Source of the DNA: Octopus sinensis
Lineage: Eukaryota
Reading direction: 5' to 3'
NCBI RefSeq assembly: GCF_006345805.1
Contig: NC_043001.1
Span: 48,608,001 to 48,672,000 of the forward strand
Length of the DNA: 64,000 nucleotides
The first letter of the stretch is position 1. Each line of letters starts with the position of its first letter. The position numbers and the translations under genes were made by a program. Under the pieces are notes generated by a model. The model had not been told where the DNA came from and made no database searches. It saw only the letters and a list, made by a program, of their open reading frames with translations. Below are positions 10,670 to 23,989 of this stretch, piece after piece.

Positions 10670-11225
10670 ATAGAGAAAATCCAGCAAGCCAAGTGAGACC
10701 ATAACCATAGCCTATGCCAGTGCAGCATAACCAGCCCATTTAAGAGTACCCTTCAATCATTGGGCAATAAACTGTGCTTGCGAAGACCTGTTGAGGCAAG
10801 TGAAGTTGTTGTCGTGGCTGATGACAGTACCGCCTAATTGGCACCTGTGTCAGTGGCATGTAAAAAAGTACCATTCGAGTGTGGTGGATGGCAGTGCCAC
10901 CTGACTGCTCCTGTGCTGATGGTATATAAAAAGTACCATTCGAGTGTACTCGTTGCCAGTGCCACATGACTGGCGCCTGTGCTGGTAGCGCATAAACAGC
11001 ACCATTCAAGCATGGTTAATGCCAGTGCCGACTGACTGATACTGTGCCAGTGGCACGTAAAAAGCACCTACTACACTCTCGGAGTGGTTGGCATTAGGAA
11101 GGGCATCCAGCTGTAGAAACTTTGTCATATCAGATTGGAGCCTGGTGCAGCTATCTGGCTTGCCAGTCCTCAGTCAAACCGTCCAACCCATACCAGCATG
11201 GAAAGCAGACATTAAATGATGATGT
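10670..11225 (+). mobile_element. family D element, long form with about 3.5 copies of a roughly 65-bp internal tandem unit (10820-11080)
   Basis: Repeated CTGTGC...GTGGCA(C/T)GTAAAAAG(C/T)ACCATTC...GCCAGTGCC...CTGACTG, then the D 3' end with GATGATG. Confidence 0.8.
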
Positions 11226-11373
11226 ATGAACCACCATCAACATCATTTTAATGTTTTCTGGTTCATTCCTTGTACTGCATCTCTATTCTCCATGTACATT
11301 GGAGTAAACATTATGATGTAACCCATTCTGTCCATTGAAGTCACCAGCTGCAGTAACAAGGTCACTATTGTTA

Positions 11374-11598
11374 TTAATCCTTGAGTTACTGAATTCCTGT
11401 TGAAATGTTCTACTTTTATTTCAATTAATTTTGATAGTAATGAAAATTTTATTCAAATAATTTTGACATTAGGAAGCTTATGTTCATATAAATTAATGTT
11501 TTGATGAAAGGTTTTTTTAATTCTAAGTAATTTAAAACAGAAAGTTTGTATCTTGGGACTACAGACTGCCTCAGGCAGTTTGATATCAAAAGGGTTAA
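11374..11598 (-). mobile_element. piggyBac-like MITE (local family P2 or related)
   Basis: TTAA...AAAAGGGTTAA; internal similarity to the reverse complement of 20038-20263. Confidence 0.6.
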
Positions 11599-12350
11599 TG
11601 AAGTCTGTTAGAGGACTTAATAGAAATTATCCTTTTGTTCATTGATCAGTTCTCATTGAGGTACCTACATAGAAATTACTGTAGCTGTTGTGTTGCCTAT
11701 AAAGAACCTAAGTTAAATTATTTTATCACATGCTCTGACTATCTAGTTACTTCATTCATTTCTCTGCCAATGGTATGTCTACTCCATCCACCTCAGTATT
11801 GTTACCAACCCAGAAGAACTTGTTCCTGTATTTCTTTCCAGTGAAGAGTCTGGCTGAGGTTCCACTTTATATTACCTTGTGTACATAGCTCACATCTAAT
11901 TGCCTCTGATCTGGTAATTTCTACAATCTTTTGAGACTTTGCTTTCATCATGTGTGTGTTTGTGAGAGTGTATATATTTATGAGTTTGTATTCTACATAT
12001 ATAATCTGGAAATGTATGTGTGTGTCTGCATGCATGACAGTTTATGTATGTGCATATGACAGTCTGTACATATGTATGTATGTATGTATTTACCAAAAGT
12101 GCTGTGTGTTTGTGTTATGTATGTATGTTGGCATGTATTTAGATAGCTCAAAAATAAATAGACATCCCTCATTATATTGTTTTATCTCTGCAATTCATTA
12201 GTACAATGCTCCAAATAGGTTAAATCAGGAAAAACTGTGCAAGATATGTCTAATTAATAGTAGATTAAGTATTTACATGCATCAAAGGATATTATTTCGT
12301 TTCTAGAAATGAATGCTTCAAAAATGTTGATGTCTATTTACTTTTGAAAT

Positions 12351-12352
12351 GT

Positions 12353-12394
<42 letters not shown>

Positions 12395-12657
12395 ATATAT
12401 ATAATGACATCAAAATATATCTAAAGTGCATAGTAACTGTTTCTGAAATTATGAATGTTGGTGGGGGAGGTTGAGTGAGAGAAAGAGATTTAGAAATATT
12501 TTAGATCTTCATAATAAATCTTGTGTTATATGATATTGTTCCTTTCTCATATAAAAAGACGTGTCAAACATTTAGGGCACTACACTTCACCACCACCACC
12601 ACATGATATATGAGTCTGTGTATATGTTTACATTTGTTGTTAACATGTTTGTTTGTT

Positions 12658-12688
<31 letters not shown>

Positions 12689-12788
12689 AAGCGAGTCAGA
12701 GAGAGAGAGTGTGTGTGTCTCTCTTGGGTGGCGCTTCTCTGTTGTTGGGTGTAACTTTACATGCATGTAGTAATTTATATTTGTCTTT

Positions 12789-12832
<44 letters not shown>

Positions 12833-13095
12833 ATATATATAATGACATCAAAATATATCTAAAGTGCATAGTAACTGTTTCTGAAATTATGAATGTTGGT
12901 GGGGGAGGTTGAGTGAGAGAAAGAGATTTAGAAATATTTTAGATCTTCATAATAAATCTTGTGTTATATGATATTGTTCCTTTCTCATATAAAAAGACGT
13001 GTCAAACATTTAGGGCACTACACTTCACCACCACCACCACATGATATATGAGTCTGTGTATATGTTTACATTTGTTGTTAACATGTTTGTTTGTT

Positions 13096-13126
<31 letters not shown>

Positions 13127-13247
13127 AAGCGAGTCAGAGAGAGAGAGTGTGTGTGTTTCTCTTGGGTGGCGCTTCTCTGTTGTTGGGTGTAACTTTACAT
13201 GCATGTAGTAATTTATATTTGTCTTTTCGTGTGTGTGTGTGTGTGTG
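12351..13247. repeat. 438-bp tandem direct duplication bounded by three (GT)n tracts
   Basis: 12393-12790 recurs at 12831-13228; one substitution seen (GTCTCTC vs GTTTCTC). Confidence 0.95.
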
Positions 13248-13379
13248 TTTGTGCGTGTATGAGTGTGTTTATGTGTCCCCATTGTGTGTGGGTGTCTGCC
13301 TTTGTTTTTCTGTCATTCTTTCTTTATCTGTCAGTCTCTCTTTCTCAGATGTAAGCTTCAGAAAAGGATGGAAGGTGAT

Positions 13380-13626
13380 TCCTGGGTCATAGACTGATAA
13401 GGCCAGTTTCTTTCCCTGGATTCTATGATATATATATTTCCCTACTGGACAAGACGCCAGTCTATCACAGGAATACTCATATTTGCCACCTGAGAGCTCT
13501 GGAGCAAAATAAAATGAGGTAGTTTTAACTCCAGAATTCAACATACCACCCAGTGTAGGAATAAAAAAAAAAAAGCAATCTTACAAGCATGAGGGCAATG
13601 TCCTAACCATTGAGCCATGTGTCCCC
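13380..13626 (-). mobile_element. tRNA-derived SINE (A-related head and core, different tail)
   Basis: Reverse-complement head CCTAACCATTGAGCCATG at 13604-13621; core ACTCATATTTGCCACCTGAG...GGAGCAA. Confidence 0.6.
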
Positions 13627-13743
13627 ACCATGTAAGCTTACATACATAAGTATGTGTGTTTGTGTGTTCTGAGTAGTACTGAGTTACCTCATATTAATGC
13701 ATCAAACAACAATAAAAATACTCCCTGTCTTCTAATTATTATT

Positions 13744-14062
13744 GGAGTAGCTGTGTGGTAAGAAGTTTGCTTCCCAACCACATATGGTTCCAAGTTCATC
13801 CCACTGCATGGAACCTTGGGCAATAGTCTCGGGTCAACAAAAGCCTTGTGAGTGGATTTGGTAGATGGAAACTGAAAGAAGCCCATCATGTGTGTGTTGG
13901 TGTGTTTACATCCCTGTCACTTGGAGGTTTGGCAAAAGAGATGATAGAATAAGTACCAGGCTTTGAAAGTAAATAAGTATTGGGTTTGATTCATTTGACT
14001 TAAAATCCTTCATGGTGGTGCCCCAGCATGGCCACAGTCTAATGTCTGAAAGAAGTAAAAGG
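13744..14062 (+). mobile_element. SINE family B
   Basis: GGAGTAGCTGTGTGGTAAG head; collinear with 7118-7512. Confidence 0.85.
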
Positions 14063-14513
14063 TAAGTAATGAATACTTAGTAGGTGCAGCTTGGTTGAAT
14101 GATTAAGTCTATGTGATACCATGAGCAAGCATCATTTTCTATAACTTTGAGTCAACCCATGGCTTATAAGTGAAACTGGGTTTGTGGAAGCCTGTCGATG
14201 AACTATACATGCAATACAAAGACCATGCCTTTGTCTTGTGTCATGCTGACCCTGCTTGGGAATTAAAATAAGGGTTCGTGCATCTGTGGAATACTCAGCC
14301 ACTTGCTAATTCAATGAGTATGTAGTTTAGTTCAGAGACCCCCTACCTTGTTTTGAAATGGACCAGTTGATCACGTGTGAAACTAAACACAAGGTGCATA
14401 ATACAAATATATAATTGTCATCACCTTCATTTAACATCTGCTTTCCATGTTGGCATGGGTTAGACAGTTTCACTGGAACTGATAAGCTGGATGGCTGTAT
14501 CAGGCTCCAGTCA

Positions 14514-14721
14514 GAAAGTTCCTGGCTTTGGGTAAAAGAAAATACAGGTAGATTTGTTAATTATGATTTTATTCAACATATTCCCCTCTCAGATTCACAC
14601 ATTTATTGCAGCAGTCCTTCAATTTTTCTAAGCCCTGTAAAAGAACTCGAAAGGTGGGGCCTCCAACCAGACCTTTCATGATACTCTTAAAGCCATGAAC
14701 TTTTCAGTATCCCCTCATATA
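14514..14721 (-). mobile_element. mariner-derived MITE (left end clipped)
   Basis: Collinear with 51303-51519; right TIR GAACTTTTCAGTATCCCCTCATATA. Confidence 0.8.
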
Positions 14722-14729
14722 AAGCATTT

Positions 14730-15445
14730 GTCCTTTGGAGTGATGAACACCATCTAGTCATTCTGGGGTTAGGAGTTGGGGTTGTGGTTTGGCTTTTGAG
14801 TGCATCGGAGACTGATCAGGCTAAGCTGACCCAGATGGTTCTCTGGCAGTGTAAACAGGGAATGGTGGTGATAGTTTCAGATTTAGTGGCACTGATTTTT
14901 CTTGTCTGCTTGCATTGCTTAGCTGTTGTAATCATGTTAGCTTTGCAGGTTTACGTGCCCTTGCAGACATCTGATCACCACTTGTCTTTGTCCTGAGCTA
15001 TCTGTTCTCGTGTGACACAGCTGACACTAACAGACTTTAATGGAGCTTTTGAAGTGTTTGAAGTGTTTTTATGGCCTTGTTGGAATTTGCTACATAATAG
15101 GGTTTTTTTTTGTTTTTGTTTTTTGAGCTGGTGGCTTGGCATGTGAACTACATGACCTGCCCAGTGAAGCTGTTATTGCATCAGGATGGTGTAGATGCTG
15201 GGCAGACAATCACGAGTGAGTGTTTCAGTGTCTGGAATTTTCTCTGGATATTTTACGCCAAGGATTTTGTGTATCATGTAATGAAGGTGTAGTTCAGTTT
15301 CCATGCTTGATGTTGCTTGCCCATCCATGGCTCACAGCCATAGAGTAGATACGTGGGAACTTTGACCCTCTATGCCTTGATTATTGTTTCAAGAGTGATG
15401 CTGCTACTGTTTCATATGTTTCAATGAAGTCTGCGAAAACCAACA
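14730..15445 (-). mobile_element. RTE-clade LINE 3' fragment (decayed)
   Basis: Minus-strand translation with stops: LLYGCEPW...KIPDTETL...PSIYTILMQ*QLHWAGHVVHMP...IPCLHCQR; matches the RTE LLYGxExW and LRWAGHVxRM motifs plus C-terminal CxxC. Confidence 0.75.
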
Positions 15446-15699
15446 CTCACTTTAGCAGGTACTTAATGCAAAAACAACCTACTGACTGCAATTGTCAATA
15501 AAAATATTAAATGCATTTTTTCTGTGCAGCCAGGTAATGAATGATCCTTGGCCTGATACTGGTCTGGGAATCACAGGTTTAGTTGATAGAATAGCTGAAA
15601 ACTCTTGATAGGAAATTTTCTAACGGAGATCCATTGAAGAATTAGAAATGATTTAATAAATTAACTGTAATTTCGTTTAATTATTGGTGTTTCTTTTAT

Positions 15700-16080
15700 C
15701 TTTTACTTGTTTAATTATTGCTATTTCTTTTATCTTTTACTTGTATGGCCACATTAGACTGAGGCCATACTGGGATAGCACCTTCAAAAATTTTAGTTGA
15801 ACAACTCAATCCCTGGACATTTTTTTTAAAGCCTTGTTCTTATTCTGTCAGTCTCTTTTGCTGAACCACTAAGTTATGTGTACATAAACACATCAACAAC
15901 AGTTGTTGAGTGGTAAGAGAGAGACATACACACACACCTGATGGGCTTCTTTCAGCTTCTGTCTACCAAATTCACTCACAAGGTTTTGGTTGGCCTGAGG
16001 CTGTAGTAGAAGACAGTTGCCATAATTACCAGACAAGTGGTACTGAACCTGGAGCGAACTTCTTGCTACAACTGCACCTT
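15700..16080 (-). mobile_element. SINE family B
   Basis: Reverse complement of the SINE-B layout. Confidence 0.8.
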
Positions 16081-16461
16081 ATGTCCATTTTTTCAATGCA
16101 GTAGTATGTGATCTGAGGAATGTTTGGCTGTCATTTCTAGCAGATCAAATAACCACCCAGAGGCACTCACTTGACAAAAATGGGATGAAGGCTGGCAGAG
16201 GAGAACACTTGACTAAATTCACTGGATGATTTATTTTCGTCTCGGCCAATGTTGACATTGACTTTCATCAGCTTCTCCTGGGGCAGAGGTCAGTAGACCA
16301 AAAGACCAGTAATATACTCTTGTCGATTAAATCGACTTCATATACTCTTGCACTACAAAAATTGGCTTGGCGTCTTGCCTGGTGAAAAGCAAATCAATAT
16401 CCCAGACAGCATTGATGCAACATGCGTGCACACAAACACACACACAGAACAATATCTTTGT

Positions 16462-16493
<32 letters not shown>

Positions 16494-17009
16494 CACCGTC
16501 CATTTAGTAACATTGAGAGATATAGCTTACATATTAATCAGTAGCCATTGTTGACTCTTCAGTGAATTCTTTCTCTGGGTTGGTGCACACTCTTAGACAT
16601 ACATGCACACAGATACACACCATTTCTGTATGAGCGTATGAGTGGAAGGGGAAAGAGAGATAGAGAGAGAATGTATTTATGTAATGACTTGAGATGCATA
16701 ATGTGTGTGTGTGTGTGTGTGCGACTTAAGATAGCTACACACATATTGTAAGAAAGAGAAGAGAAGAGGTGAAAAAGAATTTTTAACCACCATTGACAGT
16801 TGTTCAAACATGTTCCTTGATGATGATGATCATGATAATAATAACATTGATGATTGCGATGGTAGTGGTGATAGTGTTGCTGATGGTATTGCTGGCAATA
16901 TATCAGGGGTAAGCCTGTCATTGTGTGTGTGTGTTTCTGTTGCATGTGCATGCATGTAAATGTGCATGTGCCGCTGTGTTCTGTATGAGTATTTCAAGCT
17001 GTGAAATTA

Positions 17010-17312
17010 CAATTCCTCCTCCTCCTTCCCCTCCCTTTCCTCACCCCTCCTACCTTCTCCTTTCCTACCCTTATCCCTCCTCATCCCCTTCTTTTTGTCC
17101 CTCCTTCCCTTCATCCTCTCCTCTTCCTCTCTTCCTTTTCCCTTCCTTCCCCTCCTTCCTTTTATCCTCTTCTCTTTTCTCCTCTTTCCTGCTTTTCTCA
17201 TCCTCTTTCTCCTCACCTTCCTCATTTTCTCCTCCGCTCCTCCTCCCCATCCCTGCTGCTGTTATCACCACCATCACTACTACTACTAATACTAATACTA
17301 CTACTACTACTA
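17010..17312. repeat. polypyrimidine/polypurine tract (about 250 bp) followed by (CTA)n
   Basis: Almost pure C/T on + strand 17010-17250; explains the overlapping Ser/Pro/Phe and Arg/Lys/Glu ORFs. Confidence 0.9.
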
Positions 17313-17901
17313 CACATGTACACAAACATTTCTTAAATTAGAATCTGCCCCCCCCCCTTTTTTTTAAACTTAAATCTGAAATTTTCATGAATACCAATTA
17401 AAGAAAACATTTAGCATATGTAATTTAGTCTTAAAAAAAAAATTAAATTAACCTAAGTCTTTGTTAAAACATTGTCCTTCGAGATATTTGAATGATGTCC
17501 CTACTGTTTGCTTTGAGAGCAATCTTAATTTTTTTCTTTTTTAATATTCAGTTTGCAAGATTCTTGATGTGAACCTGTGCTGAAAAAAATTTCGTTGTAT
17601 ATCAGGATGGTCATAATGCCAATAATAAACATGCTGGTTCTGTTTCACTTTATTATATGACATTTAACAAACTGATTGATCGATTAACTGAATGATTAAT
17701 CAGACAATCAATTAGTTGGTTTAAATAGCTAACCAATTGATAAGTAATATTAATGAACTGAATACAACCTTAAATTGTTCAAGCCATTGACTCAATCATA
17801 CTTCAGATCTAAGATAAGTTTCCATATGTACTGTGAGGAGAGAAGAATTTTGACATGCATTATATAGTACTTCTCCTTCCACTCATACACTTACATTACA
17901 G

Positions 17902-18228
17902 AGTGCATGGCTCAGTGGTCAGAGCTTTGGGTTCACAATCAAGAGGTAGTGAGTTCAATTCCCGGACTGGGCTGAGTGTCCTGTTCTAAACATTTTATTT
18001 CACATTGCCCCAGTTCACTTAGTTGTAGAAATGAGTTGCGTCATCATTGGTGCCAAGTGGTATTAACCTTTGCCTTTCCCTTGGGTAACATCAGTGGCAT
18101 GGAGAAGAGAGGCTTGTATGCATGGGCAGCTGCTGGTCTTCCATAAGTAACCTTGCTTGGACTTTTGCTTTGGAGGGAAACTTTCTAGGTGCAATCCTAT
18201 GGGCATTCATAACTGAAGGGAGTCTTTT
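17902..18228 (+). mobile_element. SINE family A
   Basis: TGGCTCAGTGG A box, GTTCAATTCC B box; collinear with 54144-54475. Confidence 0.85.
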
Positions 18229-18319
18229 AGTTTTGATCTGGTATCCTTGAAGCTCAACTTACATACATACTGCAGAGGAGTAATGTTTAATTACATATGT
18301 ATGAATAAAAGTTACAAGA

Positions 18320-18632
18320 TAAAACGTTTTATCTTGTATCTTTTACTTGTTTCAGTCATTAGACTGCAGCCATGCTAAAGCACTGCCCTGAAGATTTTTA
18401 GCTGAACGAATCAACCCCAATTCCAGTACTTATTTTTTAAAGCCTGGTACTTTTTCTATAGGTCTGGTTGTCAAGTAGTAGTAGGGAACAACCCAAGACA
18501 GACACACACACACAATGGGCTTCTTTCAGTTTCCGTCTACCAAATCTACTCTCAAGGCTTTGGTCAGTCCAAGGCTACAGTAGAAGACACTTGCTCAAGG
18601 GTCCATGCAGTGTGACACAACCATGCCTGCAC
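18320..18632 (-). mobile_element. SINE family B
   Basis: Reverse complement of the SINE-B layout, internally shortened. Confidence 0.8.
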
Positions 18633-20037
18633 CTATAAATCATTTCACATAAATAATCTTATATTTTACAGTTTCACATCTCTTGTACTCACTCTCATAG
18701 AATTTTTATTATTTTTTTGTACTGGAGAAATTATTTCATAGGAATAGTTATACTATCATCTTGTCCTACTGCAGACCATTCATTAATTGCGAAAGGTGGG
18801 AATGGAACCTGTTTAATCAAACAAACTATAGAAAGTAGTCTACTATTGCCTGGGGTTAAATTATAAATGATTCTCCTTGCTAACTATGCCCACACAGGCA
18901 AACTTTATCACTCTTGCTCTCTCATCTCTCCACTCCCCTCTCTCTCATTCTCTCTCTTCCTCACATACAAATACAAACCCAATAACACTGACCAAACAGA
19001 ATCTTAGGTTGGTGTCAGCTGTTGCTGCTTATATCTCAGACCAAGAATATTCTAATGACCTGTAAGATAAAAAAAAAAAACTAGGTTACACTCCTAACAT
19101 ATGTTGTAAATAAATATCAACAGAAAGTCAGTATAAAATGTATATATGTATGAATATGCATATATATGTATGTAAAACACACACACACTGATTTAAAAGA
19201 GGTTTTTATAAGGATAAAAACTCAGTAACCCTTTGACTGTCCAAAGCATTTTCAAAAGTTTCTCTTAAACATCCGTGCTTGTTTTCAGACTTTCGTTTAT
19301 CCATTGTTTCTTTTGTTCTGAGTAGTAAAATGCTTTCTTTACATAAATCTTAAGTTACTCTGGTGGCCAGAAAAAAAAAAAAGAAAGAATGTGCATCATA
19401 TAAAATGCATGGACACCAGGAATATGTGTCTTGTGTATCATGTGATGCAAGGGACAGGCAAAGGGTAAACGCTAACTGTAAGAAGGATCCACTACAAGTG
19501 TCAGGTCAGATACTTAAAATTTTATTGACGTTAGTTGAAAGTCACTGATAATCTAACACACGTACACACAAATATTAGTTTTAGTCACCATGGGCTTAAG
19601 GCATAACAGGTTCATATGTCAGTTTATATACAGATGTATATCATTATCATCATTTAACTCACTTGCAAGGGTCAGGCAGAGTTTGTTGAGGCAGATTTTC
19701 TCCAGCCTAATGCCCTTCCTGTCCCTAACCCACACTTATTTCCATGCATGGCCAGTCTTCAGTATAATGCAATCCCAACATACTCCTTAAAAATCAGTAA
19801 TATATTTTATGTTTTAACCTTCACTCTATCATTTTTTAATTTCGATGATCTCTAATGAATTTTTAACATTATACACAACTAAATACAGTATGTTAGAAAT
19901 GAATGGATTGTTTGAAATAAATAGCTTTAATTCCAGCAGATATAGGAAACAACTCCAGATATGTTCCAGCCTTATTAGCCCTCATCAAATCTTAGACTTA
20001 ACCTTACTTGTAGAAGTAGCAATGAGAGAATCATTAC

Positions 20038-20263
20038 TTAACCCTTTTGTTACCAAACCGGTTGAAACCAGCTCTGGCTCTGAGTATAAATATCTTTGTT
20101 TTCATAACTTTTGAATTAAAATCTTCCAAACCTTAGTCATAATTTATGTTCCTAACACTAGCTGAATGATAACTAAGTTATTTTACTAAATTCTTTGCTA
20201 TATTTAAAGTAATTGAAGCAAATACAGAGCATCTCAAAATAAATACAGTAACGAAAGGGTTAA
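20038..20263 (+). mobile_element. piggyBac-like MITE P2
   Basis: TTAA-CCCTTTTGTTAC...GTAACGAAAGGG-TTAA; collinear with 63528-63733. Confidence 0.8.
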
Positions 20264-21539
20264 TAAAGTAGTATACAAGATATAACTGGTTTACAATATA
20301 TCTTTCACTCCACCATTTTCTTCACATGCATCACCCAAATACTCCTCCTCCCTACAGTAGCACTGGTACCAATTCTACCAAGCCCTCAAATGAAGTGGGA
20401 TGGTGGTAGTCGGGGGAAAGTAATGTTAACTACATAGAGATTTGACTTTGGAAAATATCCAGAAGAAGCTAAATTCTTCAATGCATTTATTTCAATGATT
20501 TTCCTTGCATTGATCTTTTTTGTCACCCATACATAATTAGACATTATTATGGACTTATTTAGATAAGAATTCAGCAAATCTGATGTCATATTATTAATAC
20601 TGTGTTAGATGATCGAGGATTTTGAGTTCTTTTCATTTGTTTCTTTTTTTTTTTTTCTGATGGAGAATCACATACACTAACAAAATATGTATGTGCATGT
20701 GTTCATATATCTATACATGTATTCACTTGTGTGCATTTGTACTTTTGTAGTTCATATCTGTGTACATGCACATTGTATCGACTTCAGTTGTGATTAATCA
20801 TCTTGATAAAGAAAAACCCCAGCCCCAGCCCCTTGTCCATCATCATCATCTTCACCACCACCACCATCACTATGATAACCACAACCACAAAACACACCCC
20901 ACCCTCACTGTCATCACAGTTATCATTATCACTATTGTTGTCTTGATATGTTCACTTTTGCATTTGCTTTTTTTCTTTTTTTTTATAGTATTTGCGTTGA
21001 TTATCCAAAGTTTGTGTGGGTTAGAAAGGTCTGTAATATATTTTAAGTTTTGTCTGTCTTTACATACAAAGTTCGAATTCCACCAAGGTTGGTGGAATTT
21101 GAACTCATCCCTTGTGGGGGTCACTGAAATGAGTACCAATAGAGTACTGGGATTGATATAATCAACTTACCCTTCCCTCATAACTGCTGGCTTTGTGCCA
21201 AAATTTGGAACCAATATTATGTCAAAACAGACACAGAAGCATGGTGCAGGCTCCTGCCTGGCCAACTATTGTCAAGTCATCCAACCCATGCCAGCATGGA
21301 AGGAGAGTGTTAAACAATGATGACATATTATAAGTATGTTTCCTTGAATTTTCATCATCTTAACTTTATATTTTCAATATAAATCAGTTCTGTTTGTTCT
21401 GGGCCCAGAACCCTATTTGTTTTTTTAATTGCTCAGTCAGGAGGAAAGACAGTGCCCAAGATCATTTTTAGGGCATCTGAGACTGATAAGAGGAAGGTAT
21501 CCTTGAAATAAAGGCCTACCTTGAATGTTCACAACAGCT

Positions 21540-21830
21540 CGGACACCTGAGGGCACCAACAATTACATTTACAAGGCTGAGACAATTAAGATATAGTATG
21601 TAGTATAGGTACGATGGTACCCTATCACTTCAGGGAGATTCAGTGTGGCACACACACTGTGACAAGGCTGGCCCTTTGAAATACAGGTACTACTCATTTT
21701 TGCCAGCTGAATGGACTGGAGCAATGTGAAATAAAGTGTCTTGTTCTAGGACATGACATTGCTGGTAATTGAACTCTCAACCTTATGATCATGAGTTGAA
21801 TACCCTAACCACTAAGTCACATGCCTTCAC
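21540..21830 (-). mobile_element. SINE A'
   Basis: Reverse-complement core and head (CCCTAACCACTAAGTCACATGCCTTCAC). Confidence 0.75.
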
Positions 21831-22000
21831 TTAGTGTAGGTATAAATAAATGTAAAATATGTACTTTAAATGTGTGATTAATAGCCTGAAATAATATAAC
21901 TGTATTTCTACAACACCATAAATTCTTTTGTTTCTCTTAAAATTTAAGATATTGTTTCTAGCTGACATAGGAATTATTATTGAAGATGAAAGTAGAGGGG

Positions 22001-22002
<2 letters not shown>

Positions 22003-22049
<47 letters not shown>
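22003..22049. repeat. (GA)n microsatellite
   Basis: Directly visible. Confidence 0.95.
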
Positions 22050-22053
<4 letters not shown>

Positions 22054-22632
22054 GAGGAGAGAATGGAGTGGTGGTATTTCTTCAAATAAATTTGTTGAAA
22101 TGTAAGTCTATGTGATAACTAGCCCAAGATGAATAGGCTACACTCAGTGTGTGTTGTGAGTCCTATAATATAGAGAACACAGCTGGGAGAGGGTACTTGT
22201 CTTTGATGGAGGTTCTTGATTGATTTCAGGTGGCTATATTGGGATCTGTCATTTTATTCCATTTGTATATTGTTCTTCATGTGTTTTTGTTTCCTTTTCA
22301 TAATAAATTCTGTGAAAACCTTGAAGATTTTCATATTTTTCCCTGGAATCTCTCTTTATCCATTGCTCTGTGAATTGACAGGATCAATACATCAAGCAAA
22401 TTCCTTGTGGTAGTTATTCTGGTTCTTCATATTCCACCAAAATCAACATTGTCTTCTATCCTTTCAGGGTCAATTAGATAAAAAACCAATCAGGTTTTGG
22501 GGTTGATATAATCAAACTAGTCTCTCCTCTCAATTTTATGATTTAGTACCTATGTTAGAAATAATTGTTGTTATTGTTATTTTGTACTACTTTTATAATT
22601 TTTAATATCATTATTATTATTAAGGTTGTGGA

Positions 22633-23240
22633 AGGCAGTGAGTTTGCAGAATCATTAGCATACTGGGCGAAATGCTTAGCAGCATTTCATCTCTCTTCGT
22701 GTTCTGAGTTCAAATTCTGCTGAGGTCCACTTTGCCTTTCGTTCTTTCAGAGATAATAAAAATATATATCAGCTGAGCACTGATGGTGATGTAACTGACT
22801 TATCCCCTCACTCGAAATTGCTGGCCTTGAGCCAAAATTTGAAATCATTATTGAGGTAGTGGATTTGTAGGATCATTATGGCATTGGAAAATGCCTTGCA
22901 ACATTCGTCCCAGCTCTTTATATTCTGAGTCCAAAATCTGCTGAGGTCAGCTTTACCTTTCAGCCTTTCAAGGTGATAAAATACAGTACTAGTCAAAACC
23001 TTAGGTTGATGCTGTCAATTTATATCCTCTCTCCCAAGTATCAGATTTTGCACCTATGCTAGATACAGTTATATGACATAGAAAGACAGACAAATTAGTA
23101 GGGCAAAATGCTCATGTTTTTTCTCCCTCTGTTTGGCTCCTTGTGGGCAATAAAGAAATGGGAAACGTTAGCATGCTGGGCAAAATGCTCATATTGTTTT
23201 CCCCTCTATGTTTGGCCCCCTGTGGGCAATAAAGAAATAA
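22633..23240 (+). mobile_element. head-to-tail cluster of SINE-C copies and fragments
   Basis: Successive GCAGAATCATTAGC...TTCTGAGT(T/C)CAAA units and a doubled CCCCTCT...TGTGGGCAATAAAGAAAT tail. Confidence 0.75.
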
Positions 23241-23989
23241 GATGGTTAAAAACAGGATGCAATGTTAATTTACATCTCTTTACACTCTGAATTACAGGAT
23301 CACACCTGTACGCTTCTTTTAAAATGGAGCTTTGTAACAGACAGATTGTGGCCCATTAGTGGGTCATTTAGGTGTTTGTTCTCTTTGGGCTTCTGACCTT
23401 CACTAAAGATTTTTCAGGTTTAATGTATTTGTGGGCTGTTAAGCAGTTAATGACTTTTAGACAGTTTTCTGTATCATGATTTCTAGAAGTTTCACTTTCA
23501 TAAGCATTGCCAGTGATTGAAATGCTGGTGGGAGATACATAACTGATATTTTTATATGTAGGATATGAGGTGATATGTGATCCATGGTCAAATCTAAACA
23601 AAAACCCCCAAAAAAAAGCTTAAATTGTAGACTATTACAAAAAAAAAAAGAAAATCTAAGGTGAGGGCCATTACAAAGAAAAATGTTGTTGATCTCTGTT
23701 TGCTTCAAAATGTTTGAATTTATATGAGAAATGATTCTCATTATTTGTTGCATTTTTTTTTGTGTATGATTATGTATATATGTAAACATTTATTTCTGCA
23801 TAAAACATCCCTGAATTTCTGTGGCTTTATGTCTTCGTAGAGAAGATGAGACTAATTGTTTGAGATACTGACAGTTACAGAACTTTGGTACCCATGGCAA
23901 CAGATGTGCTCCATAAATTAAAATATAAAAGAAATATAATGTGAAATACATATAATATTATATTTAAATGTCATTTGGATTACATGTGA

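Noticed and set aside
16925-17341. Overlapping 64-138 aa ORFs
   Set aside because: Products of the polypyrimidine tract and (CTA)n
17552-17610. Strong acceptor-like polypyrimidine-AG on both strands
   Set aside because: All frames close within about 20 codons and no convincing donor; cannot be supported without RNA data
23368-23601. 77-aa minus-strand ORF in unique sequence
   Set aside because: No recognisable domain and no good splice sites
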